Shown here one piece after another: positions 1 through 13,200 of a stretch of 64,000 nt of DNA. The translations under genes were made by a program, and so were the position numbers. The DNA lies in assembly GCA_000388065.2 (NCBI GenBank), contig KB932211.1. One strand, written 5' to 3'. Within the stretch, counting starts at the first letter, position 1. Every line of letters starts with the position of its first letter. The stretch comes from Fonticula alba ATCC 38817. Its lineage: Eukaryota; Protista; Nucleariida. Under the pieces are notes generated by a model, which saw nothing but the letters and a program-made list of their open reading frames with translations, ran no database searches and had not been told where the DNA came from.

Positions 1-2053
1 GGACCGGCGGGCTGTGTGCTCTCCGCACCAGCGCCCATCCCCCTCCCCCCCCCCCTCCAGCCAGGGGGCCGGTGACGCCACTTGAGGAGGGGCGGAGGGG
101 ATGGGGGGAGGGGGGGGGGGGACGCGCAAGCAAGCCTTCCGCTCGGGCGGGGGAGCATTTTCCGCTCCGGCAGATCGGGCCCCGGGCTCCGCACGGCGGG
201 GGAGGGGGGGCGCGCGGGAAAGCCCCACACGCCGCGGCGGCGCGCCCGCCACCAGCGCCAGCAGGCGGCATCCAAGGCGACACTCGGCACACACCCGAGG
301 GCCGGGAGCACGGGGGGAATGATGCCGGGAAACCAGTCAACCCGGCCCCGCTTGAAGCCAGGGCTCCCCGTCCCACGGCGACCTGCCGCACCAACAGGCA
401 CACACCCCGCCGGCGCCCCCGAAGCAGCCTGCGGCCGGGCGTTTTGGGCGGGGGCGGGGGGGGGGGGGGGGGACAAGCCCACGCCCGCCGCGCCTCGGGG
501 CCGCCGGCTTCTCTGGCCCCCCGGCCCCGGTTCTTCGGAACTTCCGCTGCTTCCTCCCCCCTCCCTCCCCGTGGTGCGCCTGGTTGGGGCATGCACCGGC
601 CGGGGCGGAATAACAGCAGCTATATTTTTATTTGCCCTTTTCCAAACCCGCCCCAGCTCCCCACAGAGCGCACGTCCGTACACGGGCCCCGCCCTCGCCG
701 GCATNNNNNNNNNNNNNNNNNNNNNNNNNNNNNNNNNNNNNNNNNNNNNNNNNNNNNNNNNNNNNNNNNNNNNNNNNNNNNNNNNNNNNNNNNNNNNNNN
801 NNNNNNNNNNNNNNNNNNNNNNNNNNNNNNNNNNNNNNNNNNNNNNNNNNNNNNNNNNNNNNNNNNNNNNNNNNNNNNNNNNNNNNNNNNNNNNNNNNNN
901 NNNNNNNNNNNNNNNNNNNNNNNNNNNNNNNNNNNNNNNNNNNNNNNNNNNNNNNNNNNNNNNNNNNNNNNNNNNNNNNNNNNNNNNNNNNNNNNNNNNN
1001 NNNNNNNNNNNNNNNNNNNNNNNNNNNNNNNNNNNNNNNNNNNNNNNNNNNNNNNNNNNNNNNNNNNNNNNNNNNNNNNNNNNNNNNNNNNNNNNNNNNN
1101 NNNNNNNNNNNNNNNNNNNNNNNNNNNNNNNNNNNNNNNNNNNNNNNNNNNNNNNNNNNNNNNNNNNNNNNNNNNNNNNNNNNNNNNNNNNNNNNNNNNN
1201 NNNNNNNNNNNNNNNNNNNNNNNNNNNNNNNNNNNNNNNNNNNNNNNNNNNNNNNNNNNNNNNNNNNNNNNNNNNNNNNNNNNNNNNNNNNNNNNNNNNN
1301 NNNNNNNNNNNNNNNNNNNNNNNNNNNNNNNNNNNNNNNNNNNNNNNNNNNNNNNNNNNNNNNNNNNNNNNNNNNNNNNNNNNNNNNNNNNNNNNNNNNN
1401 NNNNNNNNNNNNNNNNNNNNNNNNNNNNNNNNNNNNNNNNNNNNNNNNNNNNNNNNNNNNNNNNNNNNNNNNNNNNNNNNNNNNNNNNNNNNNNNNNNNN
1501 NNNNNNNNNNNNNNNNNNNNNNNNNNNNNNNNNNNNNNNNNNNNNNNNNNNNNNNNNNNNNNNNNNNNNNNNNNNNNNNNNNNNNNNNNNNNNNNNNNNN
1601 CCCCCGCCACACCGGGCGGGCGCGAGCGCACGCCTGCGGTCCCCCCCCCCCCCACGCCCACCGGTGGCACGCCGCCCGCGAATGCCAGGACCACGTGTCC
1701 ACTTTCATCACATGTGCATCATGCGCACATCGGCCCGCCCGGCGCCGAGGGGGGATTGCCGCGGCGGGGGCGGGCCGCGAAACACGCCCAAGAGCGAGGG
1801 GGTCCCATTCTTCTTGGCTTTCGCATCACAAGGGGAGCATGCATTACACGGGAAAGCCGACGAGGAGAAGGGCACACATTCTCCCACGAGCGGCATACTT
1901 TCAGCCTTGGCACCTTGGGGGGAGGGGGGGGGGGGGCATTGTCGCGTCCTTGTCCGGTGTGGCGCGGCGTGCGCCGGCCCCTTCTCTTGCCTTCTCGTGG
2001 TGTCGGATCGCCGGGCGCCCGGGCGCCTCCTCTTCCGGTGGCCAGCCAGCGGG

Positions 2054-3207
2054 CTAGGAACTGCCTGTGCGGCCGCGCCTGGCCGGGCGCGGCCGCGGGG
2101 GCGGCAATTCCTCCGCCGGCGAGGGATCCGCCTGCTTGGGCGCCGGCGGGGGACTCCCGGCGCGGCGCTTTTCCTGCTCAAGAGCCAGCTCGGCCAGGCG
2201 AGCGGCGGTGCCGCCGGTGCCCTCCTTCTGGTGGCGCAGCCACCGGATGTAGGTCTCAAAGGACTCGGCCGTCTCCTTGAGCCGGAGGAAGAGGCAGGCC
2301 ACACAGCCGGGCCCGTCGAAGGGGCCCCACTCGGCCGGGCCCCGGGGGAAGGGACACGCACTGGACAGGGCCGCGGTGGCACCGCCGCTGGCCAGCTGGC
2401 ACTCACACAGCAGCTGGTTGGACAGCGGGTCCGCCCGGCGGGGCCGAGGGAAGAGGGCGGTATGCGGGCGGGCCCCGGGGCCGGGGGCCGGCGCCGCGGC
2501 CATCGCCAACTCCGGCATGTCCCGCAGGATGCCCTTCCACCGGTCGATGGCGGTGAGCAGGGCGGCTCGGGCGTCGCGCAGAGCCGCCGAGTGCCCCTGC
2601 AGCAGGCGCATCTCGCCGGTGCTCAGCCGGGCCCCGGGGCAGATGATCGAGTGGGCCCAGGCCGACCGGCTGAGATCCACCCGGTCCGGTATGTCCACCG
2701 GCAGCCAGGACCGCTCGGTGGGCTCCGGCGCGTCGGCCGCCGGCACCAGGCAGGTGGCCGCCAAGCTCGGGCACCGGACATCCCCCTCCTCGGCCAGCGA
2801 ATAGCCGGCCAGCTGCAGGACCTTGCGCTTGCGGAGCTCCATGTGGCCGAACACGCCGACCGTCCAGATGCCCAGGTCCAGGGCCTCGCGCTCGACCAGA
2901 CGCAGGAAACCTCGCGCCGTGTTGGAGGCTGGGCCGGCAGCGGTCCGGGCCGTGGGTCAGAGAATGCACATGAAAGGGGGGCGAGCACCGAGGGCCGAGG
3001 CTGGCACGCACTGTGAGACGGTGTGGCGGCCGCACCTCCGGTCGAGGCGCTGCGCCGGGACAGGTCCAGCGAGAAGTGCCCTCCCGAGGGGACATTCGAG
3101 TGTGTGGTGGTGATTGCCGGCGCACCGGCCGGCGGCGGGGGCGGGGCCGGCGGAGCGACGAGTGGCGGGGGCGGCGGGGGCGGGGGCGGCGGGGGCGGCG
3201 GAGCGGG
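2054..3207 (-). CDS. Hypothetical protein, 3' part (5' end lies in or beyond the N-gap 3208-3582)
   Basis: Last exon 2928-2054 reads SNTARGFLRLVEREALDLGIWTVGVFGHMELRKRKVLQLAG...FETYIRWLRHQKEG with G/C-ending codons. It is preceded by a CAG acceptor and a phase-compatible upstream GTGCGT donor after ...GGAAATPSH. No family recognised. Confidence 0.6.
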
Positions 3208-4559
3208 NNNNNNNNNNNNNNNNNNNNNNNNNNNNNNNNNNNNNNNNNNNNNNNNNNNNNNNNNNNNNNNNNNNNNNNNNNNNNNNNNNNNNNNNNNNNN
3301 NNNNNNNNNNNNNNNNNNNNNNNNNNNNNNNNNNNNNNNNNNNNNNNNNNNNNNNNNNNNNNNNNNNNNNNNNNNNNNNNNNNNNNNNNNNNNNNNNNNN
3401 NNNNNNNNNNNNNNNNNNNNNNNNNNNNNNNNNNNNNNNNNNNNNNNNNNNNNNNNNNNNNNNNNNNNNNNNNNNNNNNNNNNNNNNNNNNNNNNNNNNN
3501 NNNNNNNNNNNNNNNNNNNNNNNNNNNNNNNNNNNNNNNNNNNNNNNNNNNNNNNNNNNNNNNNNNNNNNNNNNNNNNNNNNGGCCGAGGGAGGGGCGCT
3601 GACTGCCACGCACAGGCGCTGTGCCGGGACCCGGGGCGTGCTGGCCAAAAAATGAAGAAACGCAAAAAAGGAACACACAAAGATCGCCCCGGCCAGAGCC
3701 CCGAGCCGACCACAACAGAGACCGGATCCCCAGGAGCTCGGGGGGACACGGCTGGAGGTCAACCAGCCGCAAACATGGCCCGCCGATTGTGGCGTACATT
3801 CAACGCCCTTCCAGGGGCTGGGAGACGGGGGGGGAAGGGGGAGCCATCACGTCATGCCCGGGGTATGGCCCTCCTTGGCGGGAGATCCGCTGGCCGAGGC
3901 CGTGGAGGCTCGCCCGCTCCCCACCCCGGGTCTCGGGGTGTCCCCCCCCCCCTTGGCCGACCGGCGCCGCGGACCGATGCCGGGGCTGGTTCGGGCAAAC
4001 TGCCTCCCCCGTGGCTGCGTCTCCTTGACCACTCCCCCCCCCCCCCAGCTCCCCCCGCTGGGGTGATGAGCGAGCAAGGGGCAGACATACCGCCGGCCGG
4101 CTGAGGCCCTGCTCCGCCCTTGCCGGGGCGCGGATGAATGCGGCCCCGTGCGGAAGGCCGTCGCCCTGGCGCCCGGCCCTCGGCCAGGCCGCAGCACGCA
4201 GGAGAAGGGGGGGGGGGGGAATGCACGGCCCGTCTGGCATGCGCGTTCTGAGCCCCGGGATACATCTAGATGTCCAGACCGAGTGCGCGTGATACCCTCT
4301 CAGGTGCCGACTTCCCACGCTTTTGAATCCGCCCGCCCGCCCACCGAGGCCCCACCCGGTTGACCACGATCTACCCTTGATCTGGACTGTTCTCGGTCCA
4401 AAAGGCCCCGGCATGGAAGCCGGGCTGGCGCCCGAGCCCGGTGCCCGGAGGACATCCCACTCCCTCTCCCCCCTCCTCCCGCCCCCTCTTGCACCCCGAC
4501 ACATCCCCACCGAGACACCCCTTTGCCCCCTTGCCTGCGCGCCTCCCCCCCCCCTGAGG

Positions 4560-7060
4560 ATGGACTTCTCCACGCTGCCTGACCGTAGCCGGATGGTTAA
4601 CGCCAACGGCGAGCGGCTTCGGACTGTGCAATTTGCCCAGGTTCGTTTTCTCCGGTGGCCGGTCCGCGCACGCCAACATTTCCCTCGGCATGCCTCACCT
4701 AACGCCTGCTCTCGCCGCCGCCCACCGCCGCCCCCCCCCCCCTGCCGGTAGATCGTCATCGGCTCGCCCGGGTCCGGCAAGTCCACCTACTGCGATGCGG
4801 CTCTCCGCCTGCTCAAGAGCATTGGACGGTATGTCCTGCCGCTGTACCGCCGCCCCTCTCCCCCCCCCCCCCCCCGGCCGGATGGTGACGGGGAGCCCGT
4901 CCGCCGCANNNNNNNNNNCGGCCGGATGGTGACGGGGAGCCCGTCCGCCGCAACTCACCTACCCCCTCGCCCTCCCCTCTCTGAACACCGGTCCTCCCTC
5001 CTGGCTCCGGCGGGCACAGACCGACGGCATATGTCAATTTCGATCCGGCCATCGGGTACGAGGCGACCGAGGACACCGAGGGCCTCCTTGCACAGGCGGA
5101 CCTGGACATCCGCGATCTGGTGGACTTGACCAGCGTGCAGGATGAGTTCGCTCTCGGGCCGAATGGCGGGCTCATCTACTGCATGGAGTACATCGCCGAG
5201 AACATTGACTGGGTCTTGATGAAGATTCGCTCGCTGGAGGGTGCGTGCTCGGGCGCCCGCCCAGGCAATGGGCAAAGACAAAGGAGGAGGGCCCGCATGC
5301 CCGGTCGTTGCGGTCTCTGTCCTACTCGCGCACCCACACATGCTCCCATGAGCATGTCCACTGACGACGCCGCGTCACCCCAGCCGAGTACCTGTTGATT
5401 GACTGCCCCGGCCAGTCGGAGCTCTACTCTTACCATGATGCCATGAACCGGATTTTGGACTGCTTCGAGAAGGCGCAGATTCGGGTGCGTACTCGCCGGT
5501 CGCCGCTGCCGGTCGCCGCTGCCGGTCGCCGCTGCCGCTCCGCGATCCGCCTCCCTGCTGACATTCTGTCACCCCCCCCCCCCCCCCCCCCCCGCCCCCC
5601 TGCTCACCGGCCTCAGGTTGTGGTGGTCCATCTGTCCGACTCGCGGCACTGCTCAGACCGGTCGCGCTACCTGACCGCGGCACTTATCCCCTCGCTGCAG
5701 TCGATGCTGCACCTGGGCCGGCCGCAAATCAATGTCCTGGGCAAGGTGGACCTGATCAAGCGCCAGGAAATTGGTTCGTTCCGGTAGCGCGAAGCGGCGG
5801 CCGAGGGGGTGGGCATCTTGCCTTCTTCCTCTTCGCCTCTTGCTTTTTCCCCCCGCTCCGCCCTTTGGGTGGGGATTGGGGTGGCTTTCTTGGTCCGGCT
5901 CCATGCCGCACGTCGCTGACCGACCGCTGTCACTGCATTCAGATTATGGCCTTCCCTTCTTCCTGGCCCCCGAGGGGCTGGAGCGGCGCCTGGAGCTCCG
6001 AGCCCCGAGGCGGCGCCGGGCCCGCTCAAGGCGCGGGGCATCCTCCGCCGAGCCCCGGGCGGGCCTTGCCGGGCACCTGATTCCCACATCCGAGCATGGC
6101 GCCTCGCTGCCCATTCTCCCGAGTGTCACGAACACCATCCCCCCGCGGGCGGCTCGGGTGGAGGTCCGCTACGGCCCCGAGGAGGAGGAGGAGGAGGAGG
6201 AGCAGCTGCTTGAGGGCGAGGAGCTCCTGGGAACGCGGGAGCCCGAGCCCGGGGGCCACTTGGTGGCACCTGAGCCGTGCGATGCCCCCCCGGCGGCGGC
6301 CGCCCACCAGCCGGCGCCGGTCCTCCACGCGTACCCCATGATGCACCGGTCGCTATGCCGGCTGGTGGACGACCATGCGCTGGTGTCGTTCCGGCCGCTG
6401 TCGGTCATCTCGCGGCGAACCCTGGCCCGGGTGATCCACGCCGCTGACCGGGCCAGCGGCTATGTCTACCAGGACGGCACGGACCTGGGCCTGAGCCCGG
6501 AAGATGACCCGGATGACTTTGGGCTGGAGGACTTCGACGGCGAGGGGCCCGGCGGGGCGGCCGGCCCCCGGCCGGCGCCGGAGCAGGCTCGCGCCGCCGG
6601 TGGCCGGTCTGAGCTCTGGCGCCAGGGCGAGCATCTTCAGCTGGGCGAGGAGGAGGATGGTACGCATGACTGCCTGCGCGGGGGCCTGCTCCCCCCCCCC
6701 CTCCCATGTACATGTCGCGTCTCGCTCACACCTCCCCGACACACAGACTACTTCAACATGATGGACATTGTCGATGCCATGGCCGGGCACCAGCCGGCTG
6801 ACGAGGGTCTCAGCCCTGCCGCTGCCCCCGCCATTGAGCCCCCGGTGTCAGGCAAGTTCATCATCCCCGGTGAAAGTCTTCAGACCGGGGCGGCCCCGCT
6901 GCGGTCGATTGGCTACACCGGCGGCTTCGCCCACATCCCGAGCGTCAACTCGGCCACTGCTCCCGCGACCACCGCCCCTGCGGCCACCGCTGCCTCCGGC
7001 GGCACAGCCGCCCCTCCCCCCCCAGCCTCCGATCCGCTGGAGGTCGACCTTTCGGACTGA
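4560..7060 (+). CDS. GPN2: GPN-loop GTPase 2 (RNA polymerase II/III assembly GTPase), 555 aa, 7 exons
   Basis: Exons 4560-4640, 4752-4828, 5020-5240, 5384-5484, 5617-5773, 5943-6659, 6747-7060 (1668 nt). FAQIVIGSPGSGKSTYC (G1), VNFDPA, LGPNGGLIYCMEY (GPN loop), LIDCPGQSELY (G3), VHLSDSRHCSD, NVLGKVDL (G4), LVDDHALVSFRPL. The G3/VHL region resembles GPN2 more than GPN1 or GPN3. Confidence 0.9.
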
Positions 7061-9327
7061 CGCGTGACCCTCCCCCAATAGACCATGTGCGAGCTCCCCA
7101 TGCGTTGGCACTGGGATCCGGCGCTCCGCCATGTTGCCAGGCCAGCGCCAAGCGGATTGTGGGGTTTGCGCAGGCGCGACTCGGGCTGGGATTGGGGGGT
7201 TGCTCCTCCCCGCCCCCACCCCGCCCCCGAGGGGAGGGGCGTCCATGCGCGTCACCCACGCTCGGGCAAGGGGCTGCGCATTGCTTCGCTCTACAAGCAG
7301 CTGCGCCTCGGCCGGTCGCGCGCGCGCGCGCGCCCCTCCTCCTCCTCCTCCTCCGACCATCAAACCCACATACACCGGATGGCCCTGCTCTTGGGTGCCT
7401 GCCTCCTCCGGTGGGCTGAGCGCCAACCGGGGCGGGCACGCATTCCCAATGCCGGGTGCGGGGGCGCATGCCCCGGGCGGTGCACTGTGGCCCACGGGGT
7501 CCGGACTTAAGTGCCACATCTTAACAGGTGTCTCCCCCCCCCCCCCCCCCCGGGGGGAGGGGGCGGGGCAGGGGGCACACCGGACTGAAAGACGGGGGAC
7601 CTGCCCGGGCACTTGGGGCCCGTGAACTCGGGGGCTCAGGAGCTCGGGGAGAGGATGGGCGTGTGTATGTGTGCGATTGAGGGAAAGGGCTGGAAGGGGG
7701 GAGAAGCCCGGGCGCCGGCGCGGATCACGCTGTACGCCTGCACCCCGGCGCTCGAGGGGCACCAAGCTCACCCCCTCGAACCCCCTCCCCGCTCTGCCTG
7801 ATGTAGAGGCCCTCTTCGCCGCGCCCGTGGGTTATCACCTTTACGAGGAGGGGTCGAGGCATGCCTGCTATCTGCCTATCGGTGAGCGAATGTGAGGTAG
7901 CGCCGCCTCGGCGCTATCGGGGCCGCCCTATCCCGGACTGGCCCGCCCCCCAAACAGGGTATGATGTCCTTGTTGAGCGCGGGGGAAGGGGTCGGAGGAG
8001 GAGCCAAGTCAACCACGCCTCAGCTGGACAGCGGGGCCTGCCCGCCCGAGAACGGGTCCTGGCGCCCCCCGGCCGCCGCCCCGCCCCCGTGGAGAGTGCG
8101 CAATGTGGGTCGAATCATCGAGGGCGGGGGGGGGGACCGCGGCCGGTCGGCCTCTTCGAGCGAGAGCTGCTCGCTCCCGGCAGCACCGACCGAGGGCGAC
8201 ATCAATGTGTGTGCTTCGAGATGGCCGCTCCTCGCGGTGGCCCTCGCGTCTCAGGGGCGGCAACAAACGCCAGCCGGCCGGGGTGCCGGTGGCATTCTAC
8301 GGTACCCGGCCAGGCCGGGAGGGGGGCCGGCGCGGGCGGGATCAAGTGCCGCGGGCGCGGCCCGAGGGCCTGCGACGGCCAACGTGGGGCAGATAAGATT
8401 GTGGGCGAGCGCGGGCGCGCCCCGGATCTCTGGCCCGGGACCCGGTCCCAACGCGGGGTATCGCTCCCGGCCCGGGCCGAGCCGGCCCATTGTGAAAGGT
8501 ACATGGCTTGCAGGTGGCCGGCCGAGGCGCGCACCATCGCCCACGCGCCGAGGAGGGCCCCTCCAAGCAAGTCGCAGGCAGGGCGCATCCCCAGTCTCCG
8601 GGGGAGGGGGGGCGGGGGCCGGTGGCCGGCATTATTACCGGTGACAAAACGCGCGGCCTCCCCTGCGCCGGGCCAAGATCCGCACTCGATCAGCTGAGGC
8701 CCCCGTCGCGGCCGCTGGCGCTTGACTATGTAGCCGCATTCTTCTTGTCTCTCCCCCCGCCCGCGCCCCCCTCTTCCCCTCTGGCCATGTTGGGCGCGGG
8801 GTTTTCCGAGGGCGGGGGCAGCCGCGCCCCCGGTCGGCGCGGCCGATTGTGTGCTCCCCTTGCAAACCCCTCGCCCTCGGCGGTCCCAAAGCACATGGGT
8901 CAAGACACTTTGCATCCCCGGAGGCCAGCGAATGGGCCTCCTGCGCGCGGCTGACGGCGGAAGCACCGGGCCCCGGGAGCGAGGGCCGTTGCTGCGGCGG
9001 GGGGGGGGGGGGGGGGGGGCGGGGGGGGCGGGGGCCGCCAGGCGGGGCCGCCGGAGCCCCGGGCACGGGGCCGCACTCGCCGGGCGGCCTCTCGAGGGGG
9101 CCGCCGGCGACCGCAACCGGCGGCCCCCGGCCCATCGCCTCGTGTGTCTCTCGCTCGCCCCTGCAACCCGGCGAGCATAAACTGCGANNNNNNNNNNNNN
9201 NNNNNNNNNNNNNNNNNNNNNNNNNNNNNNNNNNNNNNNNNNNNNNNNNNNNNNNNNNNNNNNNNNNNNNNNNNNNNNNNNNNNNNNNNNNNNNNNNNNN
9301 NNNNNNNNNNNNNNNNNNNNNNNNNNN

Positions 9328-9377
<50 letters not shown>

Positions 9378-10060
9378 AGGTTAACCCGCAGAGGGAAGCA
9401 CACTCGCGCCCCCGGGGGAGCCGCGGGCAACCGCATCTGAGACCAGACCCATGCGGGGGGCAGGAATATAAGAGCACCTCGTCAGCCAGCGGGAGGTACC
9501 TCAGCTCGCCAGATTGCTCCCCTCGCCACCCCTTGCTGTTTTCCAGGTATCCCCCACACGCGCCTCTTGTGTGCTGCTCCCCCGTCCCTCCCCTTTCCCC
9601 TCCCTCGCCCCTTTTGTTTTGGCACACCGCAGCCGCGCCTTGTGCGCGAGGCCGCCCGTGCATGCACACACGCAAGACATCCTTGCCCTGTGACCCTGCA
9701 GCCGGCACAGGATGTGCTTCTCCCCCGCCCTCCCCCCTGCGCCCCTCCTCGGGCTAGGCCAACCCGCGGGAGAGAGGGCCCCATCTTGTTGTGGGCAAAG
9801 AGCAATCAGCCCCCTCCCCGCGCATCCTTCCACACTTTCTCCCTCCGTCCCGTGCCTGGACAATTGTCCACTAACACTCTTGCCCATCGGCCGCACATTT
9901 CCCGTGGATGAATGGCCCCCCGCCCATGTGCAGATCCCCCAGGTTGGCAGGATCTCCTCTCCCCCACCTCCCCCTCCGTTTTCCCCCCACACGTCCACAG
10001 ACACAGCCTGTGGCCTCCCTCTCCCCTGTGTGATCCCTTGACCGGATTGAAGCAGACACC

Positions 10061-10216
10061 ATGAGCTTCAAGGAGAAGGTCAAGAAGGTGCGTCTCGCGC
10101 AGGGTCCTCATCTTGCTGGCTTTTTAGTCCACAGAGGCGCCCGCCACCCAGCCCGAGATATGGTGAATGTGCATCCATGTTAACCGTGCCCGTGTATCCG
10201 GCCTTCCCCGCCTGCT

Positions 10217-10272
<56 letters not shown>

Positions 10273-13200
10273 GGCTATTTGCGGCCTGCTCTCGCTCGCG
10301 CTCGCGCTCGCGCTCCGGGCCGCCAACGCTTCACACGACGCGTCCGCCTCCAGTGGGGCTACCGCAAGGCCGGTAAGCCCTACTCTTCTCATCCCAACAC
10401 GGCCCCAACCATCGAGTTCCAGGCCCTGGAGATGGTGCGTGCCCCTTCCTTTCTCGCCGCATGCCCCCGCTGTGCCCGCCTCGCCTCGAGATGCGGCACA
10501 TACCGGCTGGCGGCCGGTGCGCAGCCGAGACGGGGACCGCGGCAGGCAGGGCACCCTTTCCCCCACCACCCATGCACTCTTGGGCCTCTGGCCTGGCGAC
10601 ACCTCGGGGCTGGCCCTCGCCCGTGCCACCTGTGGCTGGCGCGCCTCACCCTACGGGATATGGCGTTTCTGCGCACTGACATCCATTCAATGTCCCCCAC
10701 CCCTCCCCCTCGGCCAGATGACTGAGCGCAAGCAGGTTGTCCTGGGCAAGCTCAATGAGGAGGTCCGGAACTTCCTCCAGTCGCAGCGCTACCGGTCCAA
10801 TGCCCTGCCGGACCTGTCCAACCAGCCGGGCCCCACCCTGCTGGGCCGGATGATGATCAACTGCGGCTGCGAGCTGCCGGAGGACTCCAACTACGGCAAC
10901 ACCCTGATCAAGGCCGGTGCGGCCATGGAGCGCGTCGGCCATGTGATGGCCGAGCAGGAGTCCATCATTCGCGAGCGCTTTGTCCGGCCCCTGGTCAAGG
11001 TGCTGGATGAGGATGTCCGCCTGTTCGAGCACGAGCGCCGCAAGCTGGACGACCGCCGGTCGGAGTTCGAGTCGGCCCAGAACCACCTGAACGGCCGCCG
11101 CCACGACCTGGACGCCGAGACCAGCATGATCACCGCGCGCAATCGCTATGAGCAGTCGCTGCGCGTGCTCCAGGACACCATGCTCCGGATTAACATGCGC
11201 GAGGGCGAGGAAATCGAGTCGACCCGCATCTTTGTGGAGACCCTGCGCGATGCGTATGCCTTCGCCGCGCACATCCTGGACGATGCGCTGCCGACCCTGG
11301 ACGACCCGGATGTCCGCGGGCCGCGCATGTACCGGCCCCTGGCCCAGATGCCGCCGGAGACGCGCATCCGCCTGACGGCCGCCTCGCAGACGGCCCCCTA
11401 CCAGCTGCAGATGCCATCCAACAACAGCTATGTCTATGCTCTGGATGGCCCGACGTCGCCGCTGCGCCCGCTGGCCTCCTTCGAGGGGATGCCCTGCGCC
11501 GATCGGGCTTGCCCGCAATATGGCGTCCCCCACAGCTCGGTGTACCACCTGCCGGACCCGGCTGCCCACTTGGCCCTGAGCGAGCCGCTGGGCGCCGGCA
11601 TGGGCAGCAGCGACCGCCGTCGGTTCCTGCACCGGAGCCGGCACTACTTCCGCAACCCGAATGTCGACCCGAACTCCGGCGAGGGCAGCAGCTCGCCGCG
11701 GGCCTTCCGCCGGTCGAGCTCCTCCTCCGGCGGTAGCTACGGCTCCTCCTCCTCCAGCAGCGGCCGTCGGACCTCCACCAGCGACATGGTGGACAAGCAT
11801 GGCATCATGCCGCCGCCGGCGCCCTACTCGCCGACCGTGCCGTTTGCCAGCATCCCGGGCACCACCGCCGGCATGATGGCCGGCGATCCGAACTCCGCCG
11901 GCATCACCTACGAGGGGATCGGCCATGCATCCATGCTGGCCGGCGGCAGTGCTCCCACCTCGGCTCGCGGCGGCCGGATGGGCCACCACCCGCACCACCA
12001 CCCGCACCACCACCCGCACCACCACTCGCACCACCACTCGCACCATGGCATGGAGCCGCCCCTGTCGCCGACCTTCGACCGGCACATGGCGGCCGGGTCG
12101 ATCCCCATGTCGGCCGGCCACTCCGGCATGCGCCCGGCCCACGGTGACACCTACAGCACCAGCAACACCATCCCCGGGCACCCGACCATGCGCGTGCACA
12201 GCGCGGTGACCGACGCCCCGGCGCACATTCCCCTGTCGCCGTACGGGGCCACGGCCAAGTATGGCGGCGTGTCGGGCGAGCAGGCGTCCATGGCCACCCC
12301 GGCCGGCGGCCACCACCACCACCGTCACCACCACCACCATGGCGGCCACAAGCACCACCAGCATGAGCACCACTCCATCCACTCGGCCGGGGGGGAGATC
12401 ATCCCGGTGCACTACCAGAAGCCCATCGGTGCCGGGCGCCGCGTGACCCGGTCTACCAGCAGCATGAGCGGCACCAGCGCCCATGAGCAGCAGCACCACC
12501 ACCACCAGCACCAACTCCACCGCGGGGGCTCGATGCACGGGCGCCCGGCCGGGGAGATGATCGTCGGCGGGGACCCCACCCTGATGGTGGACAACATCAG
12601 CATCAGCGGCGGTAGCCTGCATGGGCGCCGCCACGCGGGCAGCTCCTCCGGGAGCATGTCCCGCCGCCGGGACCTGTCCAAGGACATGGACAACATGCAC
12701 CTGCACAGCCGGTCGGCCAGCACCGGCTCCGGGGCCGGCGCCACCGGCAACCACTATGCCCACCACCCGCGCTACCAGGTGGAGGAGTTCTCCGACGAGG
12801 ACCTCGACGAGGTGCTGGAGATGGGCGACTTCTCCGATGACGATGACGACATCACCGGGGTCATCCAGTTCGAGCAGCAGCACTCCAACACCGGGGCCAC
12901 CCTGTCCTCCACGCGCATGGCCGCCCGGTCGGACAGCGGCAATGTCATGTCGGTCTTCAACGAGACCAAGGCCTTCGACCCGGAGTCCGGCGCGCACTTC
13001 ACGCACGACGAGTACATCCATGCCAGCACCGGCGCCGGGCGTCATGAGGACTCCTCGCGCGAGAACATCGTCATGATGGTCATGGCGGCCGAGCAGCGCG
13101 ATGAGGATGCCGAACACATGGGCGGCTCCTCGGCCGCCGGCTCCGGCGGCATCCGCGGCGGCAAGCAGCGCCCCGCCGGTTCCTCCAACACCCGTTCCAG

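Noticed and set aside
72-3799. Long ORFs of 360-790 aa at the window start (also 41824-44322, 57690-59084 and others)
   Set aside because: They run through N-gaps translated as X. Their length is an artefact and the flanks are low-complexity GC-rich sequence.
4262-4273. Perfect 12-bp palindrome ACATCTAGATGT upstream of GPN2
   Set aside because: A single short palindrome is expected by chance in 64 kb, and I saw no recurrence.
4875-4952. 34-bp direct repeat flanking a 10-N gap in GPN2 intron 2
   Set aside because: Most likely an unmerged contig overlap rather than a real duplication or target-site duplication.
6660-6746. Stop-free in-frame introns (GPN2 intron 6, DNMT2 intron 1 and last intron) as possible regulated retention
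   Set aside because: Stop-free introns of 3n length are common at this GC content, and nothing else supports retention.
10646-13117. 823-aa minus-strand ORF and similar antisense ORFs (36614-38050, 41830-44082, 54985-57129, 24608-25678)
   Set aside because: Shadow ORFs opposite GC3-rich genes. They have no recognisable motifs and show the typical antisense codon pattern.
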